Assembly (NCBI GenBank): GCA_958295895.1
Contig: CATQHI010000008.1
Coordinates: 119,663-183,662, forward strand
Source of the DNA: Saprospiraceae bacterium
GTDB lineage: Bacteria > Bacteroidota > Bacteroidia > Chitinophagales > Saprospiraceae
DNA length: 64,000 nt
Direction of reading: 5' to 3'
Within the stretch, counting starts at the first letter, position 1. Each line of letters opens with the position of its first letter. A program made the position numbers and the translations under genes. Shown here piece after piece: positions 1 through 10,579 of the stretch. The notes beneath the pieces were generated by a model, which did no database searches, was not told the DNA's origin, and saw nothing but the letters and a program-made list of their open reading frames with translations.

Positions 1-1
1 C

Positions 2-460
2 CTGCCGCAGCGGCAGCTCAAGAAGGCCGACGACTGCCACCACTGCTACGTTGTAGATGGCTGCTGCGACACCATTAGCCGGGTCAACCAGTTTTGCTAC
101 TCCGCCCAGTGCCACGCCACCACCCGCGCCATTGCCGCCGAGCTGGGGCTACCCGAGGAGCGCTACACCACCAGCTTCCAGAGCCGGCTGGGCTTCGATG
201 ATTGGGCCAAGCCCTACACCATCGACGTACTCGAGGCCTGGGCCAAGGAGCGGGGGGCGAAGAAAATCCTCTGCTTCAGTCCTGCCTTCGTAGCCGACTG
301 CCTGGAGACCACGATCGAGATCGGCGTGGAGTACCAGGAGGAGTTTGAAAAGTGGGGCGGCGAGCACATCGACCTGGTACCCAGCCTCAATGACGACCCC
401 CGCTGGGTGGCCGCCCTAGTGAGTATGATTCGCGAGGAGACCCGCGAGGCAGTCGCGTGA
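2..460 (+). CDS. hemH: Ferrochelatase, C-terminal fragment (5' end outside window)
   Basis: The frame is open from the window edge to TGA 458-460. It is absent from the ORF track because it has no start. Translation ...TTSFQSRLGFDDWAKPYTIDVLEAWAKERGAKKILCFSPAFVADCLETTIEIGVEYQEEF... carries the ferrochelatase FQSRxG and PxFxxDCLET core. Confidence 0.8.
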   Translation: MPQRQLKKADDCHHCYVVDGCCDTISRVNQFCYSAQCHATTRAIAAELGLPEERYTTSFQSRLGFDDWAKPYTIDVLEAWAKERGAKKILCFSPAFVADCLETTIEIGVEYQEEFEKWGGEHIDLVPSLNDDPRWVAALVSMIREETREAVA

Positions 461-1086
461 GTACGGAGCGGCAGGCCTACTTCGTGACGGGCATCAGTAC
501 CGAGGTCGGCAAAACGGTCGTCAGCGCCTTCCTCCAACTTGCCCTCGATGCAGACTACTGGAAACCCGTGCAGGCCGGTGACCTTAACTTCGGCGATACT
601 GACCGGGTGAAAGCGTGGACGGGTATGTCCGAAGATCGCTACCATCCCGAGCGCTACCGACTACGTACTCCGGCCAGCCCTCACTACGCCGCACGGCTGG
701 ATGGATTAGCGATCAAACTGGAAGACTTCACGCTACCGGAACCCGGTGGAAGGCCCTTGTTGGTAGAGGGTGCCGGTGGCCTGCTTGTCCCACTGAATGA
801 GCAGCAAACCATGCTCGACTTAGTGCTACATCTGGATCTGCCGGTTATTCTTGTCTCGCGCCACTACTTAGGTAGCATCAACCATACTTTACTAAGTGTG
901 GAGGTGTTGCGGGGCCGCGGGTGCAGGGTGTGTGGAATAGTTTTCAACGGACACAATGCGGAGTCGGCGCGTATCATTCAGCAGTTAACGGGGGTGCCGG
1001 TGATCGCTGAGGTGCCGGAACTTGCGGAGATAAACCCTACAGCGCTCCGCAAGCTTGCGGCTACTCGGCCGCCGAGCGTTGCGTAG
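457..1086 (+). CDS. bioD: ATP-dependent dethiobiotin synthetase
   Basis: 209 aa with a P-loop (GISTEVGKT) and YWKPVQAG and EGAGGLLVP motifs typical of BioD. The GTG start overlaps the hemH stop (GTGA). Confidence 0.85.
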   Translation: MSTERQAYFVTGISTEVGKTVVSAFLQLALDADYWKPVQAGDLNFGDTDRVKAWTGMSEDRYHPERYRLRTPASPHYAARLDGLAIKLEDFTLPEPGGRPLLVEGAGGLLVPLNEQQTMLDLVLHLDLPVILVSRHYLGSINHTLLSVEVLRGRGCRVCGIVFNGHNAESARIIQQLTGVPVIAEVPELAEINPTALRKLAATRPPSVA

Positions 1087-1104
1087 CTTCGCTCGTCGGC
1101 CGAG
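1064..1104. repeat. REP-like GC-rich hairpin with CTTCGCTCGT core
   Basis: Arms ctcggccgccgagcg (1064-1078) and cgctcgtcggccgag (1090-1104) form a 15-bp stem with 1 mismatch and an 11-nt loop. The bioD stop TAG 1084-1086 lies in the loop. Related copies are at 12166-12203, 40755-40840, 47273-47288 and 51403-51485. Confidence 0.7.
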
Positions 1105-1115
1105 TAATCGTAGTT

Positions 1116-2108
1116 ATGAAAGTCTTAATCGTCCGCTTCAGCTCCATCGGCGACATCGTGCTCACCAGCCCGGTCATCCGCTGCGTGAAGGAGCAGACCG
1201 GAGCTGCGGTGCACTTCCTGACCAAGGTGGCCTTCTCTTCTACCCTACAGCATAATCCTTACGTGGACCAACTGTGGACGATTACTAAAGATGTGGAGGA
1301 AGTTGCGGCTGCGCTAGTTGCCGAAGACTTCACTCACCTGATCGATCTCCACGGTAACCTACGTACGCTGGACCTTAAGCAGCGCCTGTTCTGGGGCCAC
1401 CTACGCAGCGGTCGCCGCCCGCCCCGGGTGCATACCTTTAATAAACTCAACTTCCGGAAGTTCTTACTTACTCGCTTTCGGATCGACCGGATGCCGGCGG
1501 TGCACATCGTAGATCGGTACCTGGACGCAGTACGTGCCCTCGGAGTAACGAACGACGGCAAGGGATTGGACTACTTCATTGCTCCGGAAGAGGAGGTCAC
1601 GCCACCGGCAAAAAATTACCTCGCCTTTGTGATCGGAGCAGCGCACGCCACGAAACGGCTGGAGGAAGAACAAATGATTGCACTATGCCGACGTATCTCC
1701 GTACCAATCGTACTACTGGGCGGTCCGGCGGAGCGGGAGCTAGGCGAACGGATTGCTGCCACCGGGGAGTATATCACGAATGGCTGCGGGGCCTATTCCC
1801 TGAACGGATCAGCCGATGTGGTACGCAAAGCAGCCGCTGTGGTAACCCACGATACGGGTTTGATGCACATCGCAGCGGCCTTTCGTAAGCCTATTGTAAG
1901 CGTGTGGGGAAACACCGTGCCGGCACTCGGAATGTATCCCTATATGCCGAAGGGCCCGGCACCCATAGTAGCGGAGGTAGATGGCCTAGCCTGCCGGCCC
2001 TGCTCGAAGATTGGTTACGAAACTTGTCCACAGGGGCACTTCCGCTGTATGCGCGACCAGGACCTGGCGGCGATTGCCCGGGCGGCCCTACTCGCGGTCG
2101 AAACGTAG
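1116..2108 (+). CDS. Glycosyltransferase family 9 (heptosyltransferase-like)
   Basis: 330 aa. The N-terminus MKVLIVRFSSIGDIVLTSPVIR and the C-terminal THDTGLMHIAAA motif are typical of GT9 ADP-heptose:LPS heptosyltransferases. Confidence 0.8.
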   Translation: MKVLIVRFSSIGDIVLTSPVIRCVKEQTGAAVHFLTKVAFSSTLQHNPYVDQLWTITKDVEEVAAALVAEDFTHLIDLHGNLRTLDLKQRLFWGHLRSGRRPPRVHTFNKLNFRKFLLTRFRIDRMPAVHIVDRYLDAVRALGVTNDGKGLDYFIAPEEEVTPPAKNYLAFVIGAAHATKRLEEEQMIALCRRISVPIVLLGGPAERELGERIAATGEYITNGCGAYSLNGSADVVRKAAAVVTHDTGLMHIAAAFRKPIVSVWGNTVPALGMYPYMPKGPAPIVAEVDGLACRPCSKIGYETCPQGHFRCMRDQDLAAIARAALLAVET

Positions 2109-2516
2109 CTCCTGTAGTACCATCCGTTCGCCCTTCTTAGCGACGTAAATGTACACCCGGTATACCCCGTTGGAGGTGGTCAGGTTGCCGATACAGTACT
2201 CGGCGTTGTCGGATTTCGAGGAGCCCTGGTGCACCTGGCTGAAGCCAGAGGGGGTGTTGGCTCCGAAGAAAGCAGCAAGTTTTTCGCGGGCTTGTTCCTT
2301 CGCGTAGGTGTTTTCGTCAGCGAGGATGCTGAGTTCTACTTCCGCGTCCATCATGCCGGTAAGACTAGCCAGATCACCGCTGCCGAGGGCCTTAGTGATG
2401 TCGCCGATGGACTGGGCACTGATAGCCTCCGTCGTTACCGCGAAGGGCGCAAAGGCCAGGGCAAGGGTGAGCAGGAGGGAGTTCATGGGTAAAAGGTTTG
2501 AGTGTAAAGACGGCAA
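2088..2516 (-). CDS. Small secreted protein, DUF4783-like
   Basis: 142 aa with a signal peptide. The C-terminus ...GVYRVYIYVAKKGERMVLQELRFDRE resembles Bacteroidota DUF4783 proteins. This family name is from memory and unverified. The 3' end overlaps the convergent GT9 gene by 21 nt. Confidence 0.6.
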   Translation of the reverse strand: MPSLHSNLLPMNSLLLTLALAFAPFAVTTEAISAQSIGDITKALGSGDLASLTGMMDAEVELSILADENTYAKEQAREKLAAFFGANTPSGFSQVHQGSSKSDNAEYCIGNLTTSNGVYRVYIYVAKKGERMVLQELRFDRE

Positions 2517-2615
2517 CCTAGAAAGCAGCGTTGCTTTTCTTCAAACGCCGAATTAGGTGCCTTAGGTCTATAGGGCGACGTTAAATGTGGGAGATGAAAT
2601 CTGCCCGGGTGGCAT

Positions 2616-2646
2616 TTGGCCATTGCTAGAATTCAGCTTACCTTTG
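2616..2646 (+). promoter_or_regulatory. Putative Bacteroidota-type promoter (-33 TTG / -7 TAccTTTG) for rplS
   Basis: TTG at 2616-2618, a 20-nt spacer, then TACCTTTG at 2639-2646, 38 nt upstream of the rplS ATG. Confidence 0.4.
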
Positions 2647-2683
2647 CGGTCCGCTACGTGCGGTCTTCAAAACTTTAGCAGCC

Positions 2684-3031
2684 ATGGACGCCATCACCTT
2701 CGTACACCAGCAGGTCAGCAAGCAAAAAGAATTCCCCAAGTTCCGGGCCGGCGACACCGTTGCCGTCGACTACATCATCACGGAGGGTGAAAAGTCGCGC
2801 ATCCAGCAGTTCCGGGGCGATGTCATCCAGATCAAGGGCGAGGGCCTCACCAAGACCTTCACCGTCCGTAAGATTTCCAACGCCATCGGCGTAGAGCGCA
2901 TCTTTCCGCTGTCTAGTCCCAGCATCGATAAAATCACCGTGGTCAAGCGCGGTAAGGTCCGTCGTAGTCGCCTGTTCTACCTGCGTGACCGGGTGGGTAA
3001 GAAGGCCCGCATCAAGGAGCGGCGTATTTAA
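2684..3031 (+). CDS. rplS: 50S ribosomal protein L19
   Basis: 115 aa. [11 protein letters not shown]...[16 protein letters not shown]...[20 protein letters not shown] is the canonical L19 sequence. Confidence 0.95.
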   Translation: MDAITFVHQQVSKQKEFPKFRAGDTVAVDYIITEGEKSRIQQFRGDVIQIKGEGLTKTFTVRKISNAIGVERIFPLSSPSIDKITVVKRGKVRRSRLFYLRDRVGKKARIKERRI

Positions 3032-3055
3032 TACTATCTGCCTTACCTTGGTCGA

Positions 3056-4429
3056 ATGACCACCCACGCCCAGCGCGCCGCCACCTTCCTCCGGGACGAG
3101 CCCCGCACCGACTGGCACGACCAGAGTCTCTGGCACGTCCGCAGTAAGCGCGATGGCAGTATCGCCGGTATTCCGGAGTGGGAGACGTTGCGGCAACTCG
3201 GTTCCGACATTAAGGATAACGTTCTAAGTCATCTCGACACCTACCTGGAGGAGTTCGAGCGGCAGGCCACGGCCAATGGCGTAGTCGTGCACTGGGCTAG
3301 GGACGCTGCCGAGCACAATCGCATCGTACACGGTATTCTCGAACGCCACGGCGTGGACCGCATCGTGAAGTCGAAGTCGATGCTCACCGAAGAGTGCCAC
3401 CTCAACCAGTACCTGGAGGAGCACGGCGTGGAGGTGATCGATACCGATCTCGGGGAGCGTATCATTCAGCTACGCGGCGAGCCACCCAGCCACATCGTGA
3501 TGCCGGCCATCCACCTGAAGAAGGAAGAGATCGGACAGTTGTTCCACGAGCAGCTCGGCACCGACGTAGGAGCCAGCGACCCGCAGTACCTCACCGAGGC
3601 CGCCCGCCAGCACCTCCGTGAAAAGTTCCTGGCGGCGAAGGCCGGTATTACCGGGGTCAACTTCGCCGTAGCGGAAACGGGCGGCATCGTCGTGTGCACT
3701 AATGAGGGCAATGCCGATATGGGCATCCACCTGGCCCCGGTGCAGATTCACTGCATGGGCATCGAAAAGGTCATCCCGCGCGCGGAGCACCTGGGGGTAT
3801 TTACCCGGCTACTGGCACGTAGTGCTACCGGTCAGCCCGTAACCATTTACACCAGTCACCACCACGCCCCTAAGCCGGGCGGCGAGATGCACGTCGTCAT
3901 CGTCGATAACGGGCGCAGCGAGCAGCTTGGCCGCGAGGACTTCCGTAATAGCCTCAAGTGCATCCGTTGCGGCGCCTGCATGAATACCTGTCCGATCTAC
4001 CGGCGTAGTGGTGGTCATAGCTACGATCACACTATTCCCGGGCCCATCGGCAGCATCCTTTCCCCCGGGTTAGACCTAAAGAAACACGGTGATCTGGCCT
4101 TCGCCTCTACCCTCTGCGGGAGTTGCTCGGACGTCTGCCCCGTCAAGATCGACATCCACGCCCAGCTCTATAAGTGGCGACAGATCGTGAGCGAAGCGGG
4201 CCACCTGGCCAGTACCAAACGCATTCCACTCCTCGGAGCCGGTGCCGTGCTGAGCCGCGGCGGCCTGTACAACTTCGTGGGTAAGGCCGCCCGCACGGCC
4301 CTTAACCTCGCCCCCCGCGCCGTAGTCTACAACCGCTTCAACGCCTGGGGGGAAAGCCGCGAGCTCCCGGAGGTACCTACTGAAAGCTTCAAGGAGTGGT
4401 ACGACCGCACCCAGACTTCCGAAGCGTGA
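3056..4429 (+). CDS. lutB: Lactate utilization protein B (LUD domain, 4Fe-4S binding)
   Basis: 457 aa with two ferredoxin-type Cys clusters (CIRCGACMNTCP, CGSCSDVCP) after a LUD domain, as in LutB/YkgF. Confidence 0.85.
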   Translation: MTTHAQRAATFLRDEPRTDWHDQSLWHVRSKRDGSIAGIPEWETLRQLGSDIKDNVLSHLDTYLEEFERQATANGVVVHWARDAAEHNRIVHGILERHGVDRIVKSKSMLTEECHLNQYLEEHGVEVIDTDLGERIIQLRGEPPSHIVMPAIHLKKEEIGQLFHEQLGTDVGASDPQYLTEAARQHLREKFLAAKAGITGVNFAVAETGGIVVCTNEGNADMGIHLAPVQIHCMGIEKVIPRAEHLGVFTRLLARSATGQPVTIYTSHHHAPKPGGEMHVVIVDNGRSEQLGREDFRNSLKCIRCGACMNTCPIYRRSGGHSYDHTIPGPIGSILSPGLDLKKHGDLAFASTLCGSCSDVCPVKIDIHAQLYKWRQIVSEAGHLASTKRIPLLGAGAVLSRGGLYNFVGKAARTALNLAPRAVVYNRFNAWGESRELPEVPTESFKEWYDRTQTSEA

Positions 4430-5025
4430 GCAGTAAAGAGCATATACTAGCGGCTATCCGGGTCAACAAGCCCGGTCCGCGTGAGCTTCCAATGCTTCCC
4501 CTAGACCCGGCACCCACCGAGCTCGAGCATGCGTTTCGCGAGGTGCTCGCAGCCAGTAAGACGCGCTTTGTCGAGGAAGGAGCGCTGGCGGAGCATGTGC
4601 GGGACTTCGGCACTGACAAGACGATTGTGTCCACGGTAGCGGGAGTCAGTGGTACGCTTAACTTAGCTGACATCAGCGATCCCCTACAACTGGCGGGGGT
4701 GGACCTGGCCGTTTTACACGCCCGGCTTGGTGTAGCGGAGAACGGCGCGATGTGGCTGAGTGAAACCGAGATGGTCTACCGGGCTCTACCCTTCATTACC
4801 CAGCACCTTATTCTAGTACTCGACCGGGCAGCGCTGGTACCCACCATGCACGTGGCCTACCGGCGCATCGACATTCGGCAGACGGGCTTCGGAGTTTTCG
4901 TGGCCGGGCCCAGTAAGACGGCCGATATCGAACAAAGCCTGGTGATCGGGGCGCACGGTCCGCGTAGCCTTACCGTCGTACTGAGGGGGTCTGGGGGGGA
5001 GGAAAACTTTAACATTTCCCCGTAA
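4426..5025 (+). CDS. lutC: Lactate utilization protein C (LUD domain)
   Basis: In-frame GTG at 4426 overlaps the lutB stop (GTGA). The ORF-track start at 4396 is an upstream alternative. Size of about 200 aa and position directly after lutB fit LutC/YkgG. Confidence 0.7.
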   Translation: MSSKEHILAAIRVNKPGPRELPMLPLDPAPTELEHAFREVLAASKTRFVEEGALAEHVRDFGTDKTIVSTVAGVSGTLNLADISDPLQLAGVDLAVLHARLGVAENGAMWLSETEMVYRALPFITQHLILVLDRAALVPTMHVAYRRIDIRQTGFGVFVAGPSKTADIEQSLVIGAHGPRSLTVVLRGSGGEENFNISP

Positions 5026-5143
5026 TACATCGTTTTCCAGCTACGTTATGTAGTCCGCCTGACCTGAGGGTCAGCTACCTTTGGGGTTGCGGGGCAGCGG
5101 TTGCACCCCTCCGCTCAGCGATCCTTCATCAAACCAACGCCAC

Positions 5144-6160
5144 ATGGCTACCATTCAGAGTAATCCCGAACCCTCCTACACCCCCGCTCCTAAACCGGAG
5201 AAGAACCGTACGCCGTTACTGGCGGGAATCATCGGAGTTCTCCTGATCGCGCTGATCGCCCTAGGCATCGGCTTCATGAACCGGGGTACCGATAATGCGG
5301 AGATCAGCACGAACCTGGTCGAGATGGAGCAATTCAAGGCCCAGGCCGAAAAACAGTACTACGAGTCACTGGCCGAACTCGAGGAAATGCGCGGTAGTAA
5401 CGAGGAGCTTAACGCGATGATCGATCAGCAGAAGGAAGAACTGCGCCTACAGAACGAAAAGATCGTGAGCCTCACCAACGATAATCGCAATCTCGGTGCC
5501 GCCCGCCGGGAGCTTGCTGATCTAAAGTCGAAGATGACCGGCTACATGGCCCAACTCGAAGAACTACAGGCGACCAACGAACAACTCACCCAGGACCGCG
5601 ACCGGCTCTCTACCGAGCGCGACCTGCTGAGCAACGACCTACAGGTAAGTCAGCAAACCAACGAGCAACTTAGCACGGAACGCGCCTCCCTGGTCAGCGA
5701 GCGCGAAGAACTTGCCACCAAAAATAGTGAGCTGAGCCGTAAGGTCAACGTAGCCAGCGTCATCAAAACTAATAACATCAGCGCCGAGGGACAAAAGCAG
5801 CGCAACAGTGGCCGCTGGGTCACCCGCACCAATGCCAAGAACGTCGAGCGCCTCTACGTCTGCTTCAATAGCCTGGACAACGCCGTTGCCCGGGCCGGTG
5901 AGGAGGCCTTCCAGCTGCGTATCATTAACCCCACCGGGGAAACCATGAGCATCGAGGCCGCCGGTAGTGGCGTACTGACCACCGACGAGGGAGAGCAAAT
6001 CCCCTACACCAAAAACGTTCCCTTCGATTTCCAGGGCGATGCGGCCAACCACTGTGCCGAGTGGAGCACACCGGGCCAGGAGTTCGCCGAGGGTACCTAC
6101 ACCGTGGAACTCTATAATAAGGGCTTTCTGGTGGGTAATACCTCCCTGGAACTGAAGTAA
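5144..6160 (+). CDS. Membrane-anchored coiled-coil protein with C-terminal beta-rich domain (unknown function)
   Basis: ATG 5144 (MATIQSN...) is preferred over the track start at 5081. The protein has one TM helix (LLAGIIGVLLIALIALGIGF), about 170 aa of heptad-rich sequence, and a roughly 130-aa C-terminal domain. A paralog lies at 39816-40745. Confidence 0.7.
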   Translation: MATIQSNPEPSYTPAPKPEKNRTPLLAGIIGVLLIALIALGIGFMNRGTDNAEISTNLVEMEQFKAQAEKQYYESLAELEEMRGSNEELNAMIDQQKEELRLQNEKIVSLTNDNRNLGAARRELADLKSKMTGYMAQLEELQATNEQLTQDRDRLSTERDLLSNDLQVSQQTNEQLSTERASLVSEREELATKNSELSRKVNVASVIKTNNISAEGQKQRNSGRWVTRTNAKNVERLYVCFNSLDNAVARAGEEAFQLRIINPTGETMSIEAAGSGVLTTDEGEQIPYTKNVPFDFQGDAANHCAEWSTPGQEFAEGTYTVELYNKGFLVGNTSLELK

Positions 6161-6165
6161 GCGGT

Positions 6166-6483
6166 GTGGACGTCGAGGCTGCCACCACCGACCTCCTGCG
6201 CCAGGACTTCGATCTGCCCGCCGGAACTTTAACCGAAGCCGAGCTACTGGACTGGCTAGCTATGTGCGTGGCTGAGTTACTGCGTACGCGCCCTGCGTAC
6301 CTGATGAGTCTCTGCTACACCCTGGATCTCGATCAAGAAAGCGTGGCGGGGGCCCTCCACCCGGCTGCACCGGCGGCCGCGCCCACCGGTCTTGCCCGCT
6401 TGCTGTACGAGCGGCAGTGCGCCCGCGCCCACACCAAGGCCAGCTACACCGCGCCGGCCCTCACTAGCCGGGATGCCTGGTAG
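6166..6483 (+). CDS. Hypothetical protein
   Basis: 105-aa ORF with a GTG start 6 nt after the preceding stop. No recognisable motif. Its 3' end overlaps the methyltransferase start. Confidence 0.4.
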   Translation: MDVEAATTDLLRQDFDLPAGTLTEAELLDWLAMCVAELLRTRPAYLMSLCYTLDLDQESVAGALHPAAPAAAPTGLARLLYERQCARAHTKASYTAPALTSRDAW

Positions 6484-7129
6484 GGCCTCGCGGCGCGACC
6501 GGATCGATCCCCTACGGGACTACGCGGAGGCGATGAGCGGTCCCATTCCGGATTATCTGGTGGAGGTGGAACGGCAGACCTACCTAAAGACTGTGGCACC
6601 GCAGATGATGAGTGGTCGGTTACAGGGACGCTTACTGGCCCTACTGAGTAAGCTGCAGCAACCGGCCCGTATCCTGGAGATCGGCACCTTCACGGGCTAC
6701 GCGACCCTGTGTTTGGCGGAGGGCCTCGGCGAGGCCGGAAGGGTAGATACGATCGAGGGGGATGCGGAGGTGGCCTTCTGGGCGCGGCGAAATTTTGCGG
6801 CATCTCCTTTTGCCAACCGCATTGATTTGCACCTGGGTCAGGCGAATGAGGTGCTGAATCGGCTAGCCGGTCCGTACGATGTGATCTTTCTAGACGGGGA
6901 TAAACGTGGCTACCCGGACTACCTGCCCTTTCTACTGAGTCGACTGAGGGTGGGAGGGCTGTTGCTGGCCGATAACGTGCTGTGGGATGGCCGGGCGGGC
7001 GGGAAGATACGGGATGAGGACGCCGCCGCACTCCAAACGTATAATGAGCTAGTGTACCAAAATAAACGATTAGAAAACCTAATTCTTCCGCTGCGCGATG
7101 GTCTTGCGGTGGCTCGGTTACGGGAGTAA
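6473..7129 (+). CDS. Class I SAM-dependent O-methyltransferase (caffeoyl-CoA OMT-like)
   Basis: ILEIGTFTGYATL (SAM motif I), VIFLDGDK and GGLLLADNVLW are typical of the family-3 O-methyltransferase fold. ATG 6473 is chosen because the conserved N-terminal helix (DPLRDYAEAMSGP) lies upstream of the next Met. Confidence 0.8.
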   Translation: MPGRASRRDRIDPLRDYAEAMSGPIPDYLVEVERQTYLKTVAPQMMSGRLQGRLLALLSKLQQPARILEIGTFTGYATLCLAEGLGEAGRVDTIEGDAEVAFWARRNFAASPFANRIDLHLGQANEVLNRLAGPYDVIFLDGDKRGYPDYLPFLLSRLRVGGLLLADNVLWDGRAGGKIRDEDAAALQTYNELVYQNKRLENLILPLRDGLAVARLRE

Positions 7130-7203
7130 AACATCTAACCCGTGTACCGACATATATAAGCGTGAGTGTATTATTCACACCTAATGCTTTAAATTACCCC
7201 ACT

Positions 7204-8076
7204 ATGCTTTTTGTAAAGACCACCGACCAGCAATCCGGTAAGGAAGTCCGCCTGCGGTACCAGGAATATGGCAGCGGCAAGCCCGTTGTATTCATTCACG
7301 GCTGGCCGCTTTCCGGCGATATGTTCGAGTACCAGATGGACTACCTGAGCCGCGAGGGCCTACGCTGTATCGCCTACGACCGGCGGGGCTTCGGCTTTAG
7401 TTCCAAGGTGGGCGACAGCTATAATTACGATACCCTGGCCGACGATCTGAACGCCGTGCTGACCGAGCTAGATTTGCGTGACGTAGCCCTGGTAGGCTTT
7501 AGCATGGGCGGCGGCGAGATTGCCCGCTACATCGGCAAGTACGGCAACGACCGCATCAGTGCCGCCATACTGGTAAGCTCCGTGACGCCCTATATGTTAG
7601 ATACCGACAACCACGATGGCGTGGAGTGGAGCGTGTTCCAGGAGATGATCGACGGTATCCGCAAGGACCGGCCCGATTTCTACGCCACCTGGGCCAAGCA
7701 ATTCTACGGCATTGGCCTGCTGAGCCACCCGGTGAGCGACTCCTTCCTCGGCTGGACGCAGGGGATGGCCCTGACCGGCTCCAGCAAGGCAGCCATCGAC
7801 TACATCCATGCCTTCGCTGAAACGGACTTCCGGCAGGATATCCAGAAGTTCACCGTCCCCACGCTGATTGTCCACGGCGAGGACGACAAGGTAGTACCGA
7901 TCAATGTGGGAGGTGACGCTACGCATAAGCTCCTACCCAATGCCCTGTACCACAAGTACGACAACGCCCCCCACGGCCTGTTCTACACCCACAAGGACCG
8001 GCTGAATCGCGACATCCTTTCCTTCGTGCAGACGAAGGCGCGGGTGAGCAGCGACCGGGAGGTGGTAGTGAACTAA
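7204..8076 (+). CDS. Alpha/beta hydrolase (non-heme haloperoxidase / arylesterase-like)
   Basis: VVFIHGWPLSG, a nucleophile elbow GFSMGG, and C-terminal APHGL, as in the alpha/beta-fold haloperoxidase/esterase family. ATG 7204 is preferred over 7162. Confidence 0.85.
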   Translation: MLFVKTTDQQSGKEVRLRYQEYGSGKPVVFIHGWPLSGDMFEYQMDYLSREGLRCIAYDRRGFGFSSKVGDSYNYDTLADDLNAVLTELDLRDVALVGFSMGGGEIARYIGKYGNDRISAAILVSSVTPYMLDTDNHDGVEWSVFQEMIDGIRKDRPDFYATWAKQFYGIGLLSHPVSDSFLGWTQGMALTGSSKAAIDYIHAFAETDFRQDIQKFTVPTLIVHGEDDKVVPINVGGDATHKLLPNALYHKYDNAPHGLFYTHKDRLNRDILSFVQTKARVSSDREVVVN

Positions 8077-8096
8077 CCCATTAGCCCGTAATGAAG

Positions 8097-8136
8097 AAAG
8101 CCGGTCGCTCCCTACAGGAACGGCCGGCTTTCTTAT
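8097..8136. terminator. Bidirectional rho-independent terminator
   Basis: Stem aaagccggtcg (8097-8107) / cggccggcttt (8121-8131) followed by a T-rich run. It sits between convergent genes. Confidence 0.5.
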
Positions 8137-8768
8137 TCTTCTTCTTGTTCTACGGGTGGTAGTAGCTCAGCCACTTCGGTCGATCCATTAAAGGGACTTT
8201 CAAACTTAGTTCCATCAGCGTACCGGTGAATAGAATTGAAGTCTCCCGTATCCTCGTTAGGTTCGAGATGAACCTCGATTTGCCTAGCTTTTAGATTTAC
8301 AATTCAGTACTCAGCAATTCCTGCAAAAGCATAAGTTCTGGCTTTTATACTCCGGTCGATAACCAGAATACTATCGGACACCTCCACCACCAGAAGAGTA
8401 TCTTCTGCTTTGGGATGACCATATTTCTTTCCGTACGGTTTATCGACTACGACCATGAAGTCCGGTTCGGGTTCGGATGCACCCGGAAGCGTAGTGGGAT
8501 CCTGAACCCGGTATTTATACTTGCGCTGGTACTTGAGAATGAAATAGACATTAAGCATACTTACACACTCGGCGTGTGTCTCACCAACCGGCATTTTCGG
8601 AATAACTTGACCAAATAATAATTCGAGCTTGTCGTCTTCCTGGAACACGCCTGCATCGATCGCGCGGTGGTAGCGATCGAGTGTCCACAAAAATGGCGTC
8701 ATCTCTACCAGCGGCATCAACGCCACCGTCTTCTCTACCACATCCTGCGTTGACACCGCCTTCGTCAT
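8133..8768 (-). pseudogene. Uma2-family (DUF820) endonuclease interrupted by in-frame TGA
   Basis: The track ORF 8304-8768 ends ...FAGIAEY*. The same frame stays open for 56 more codons (IVNLKARQIEVHLEPNEDTGDF...VEQEEE*, stop 8133-8135). The TGA at 8304-8306 replaces the Trp of the family motif EYW(I/L)V. Confidence 0.7.
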
Positions 8769-8799
8769 GACTTAAAGATAAGGTGTGAGTTGCTTTCCG

Positions 8800-9860
<1,061 letters not shown>

Positions 9861-9892
9861 TTAACACGGGCCGGCGGGGGTGGTTGGGGCAA

Positions 9893-10579
9893 CTAGAGGT
9901 GGAGGCCACACTCGTCCTTTTCCTGCCCCGCCCAGCGCCCGGCCCGCCCCTGCCCGGGCAGCGTGCAGTAGGTGCAGCCGATGGAGCCGTAGCCGAGGGC
10001 CTCGAGCGGATGGCGGGGTAGCTTGTCTTTTTCGAGCAGGTAGAGGAACTCCCCCTCCTCAATGTCGATCAGCGGGTGAAAGTGAATCAGGCCGTCAACC
10101 TCCTCGAAAATCTCCATGGCCGCGCGGTTCATGGTCTGGTAGCTGTGCACGCCCGACATCCATACTTTATGCCGCGCCTTGACGGCCTTCAGGGGCAGTA
10201 CCTTGTTGTAGTGGCAGCAGCGGCCGGGCTGAGATTCCCACATGCGCGTCTCACGGGTGAGACGGTGACGTTCCGGGTCGGGAAGGATCTCCAGGACCTC
10301 CAGACCGGTCAGCTTGGCTAGCGTATTCTTATAAGCCATGGTCTCCGGGAAGTGGTAGCCAGTATTTAGCATGTGTACCTTCTGCCGGGCATTGGCACGG
10401 CTGACCAGTGTGAGCATCACCACCGATTTAGTGCCGAAGCTGGAGGTGAAGAGGACCTCCCCTACGGGAAAGTAATCGTACACCCGCCGGATCCGCTCCT
10501 GGAAGTCCAGGCCGGAGAATTCGTCGTTCAGGGCCGCCAGATTAAAAGTCAGGGCGGTGGTGGAGTGGGGTAAGCTCAT
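9893..10579 (-). CDS. cysH: Phosphoadenosine phosphosulfate (PAPS) reductase
   Basis: Contains SFGTKSVVML (PP-loop-like region) and the C-terminal ECGLHL motif of CysH. ATG 10579 (MSLPHS...) is preferred, because the longer track N-terminus is an Arg-rich translation of a GC repeat. Confidence 0.8.
   Translation of the reverse strand: MSLPHSTTALTFNLAALNDEFSGLDFQERIRRVYDYFPVGEVLFTSSFGTKSVVMLTLVSRANARQKVHMLNTGYHFPETMAYKNTLAKLTGLEVLEILPDPERHRLTRETRMWESQPGRCCHYNKVLPLKAVKARHKVWMSGVHSYQTMNRAAMEIFEEVDGLIHFHPLIDIEEGEFLYLLEKDKLPRHPLEALGYGSIGCTYCTLPGQGRAGRWAGQEKDECGLHL

Noticed and set aside
8304-8306. In-frame TGA in the Uma2 gene, considered as selenocysteine.
   Set aside because: The position corresponds to a conserved Trp, not a redox Cys. 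No SECIS-like hairpin is evident immediately downstream, and the family is not known to include selenoproteins.
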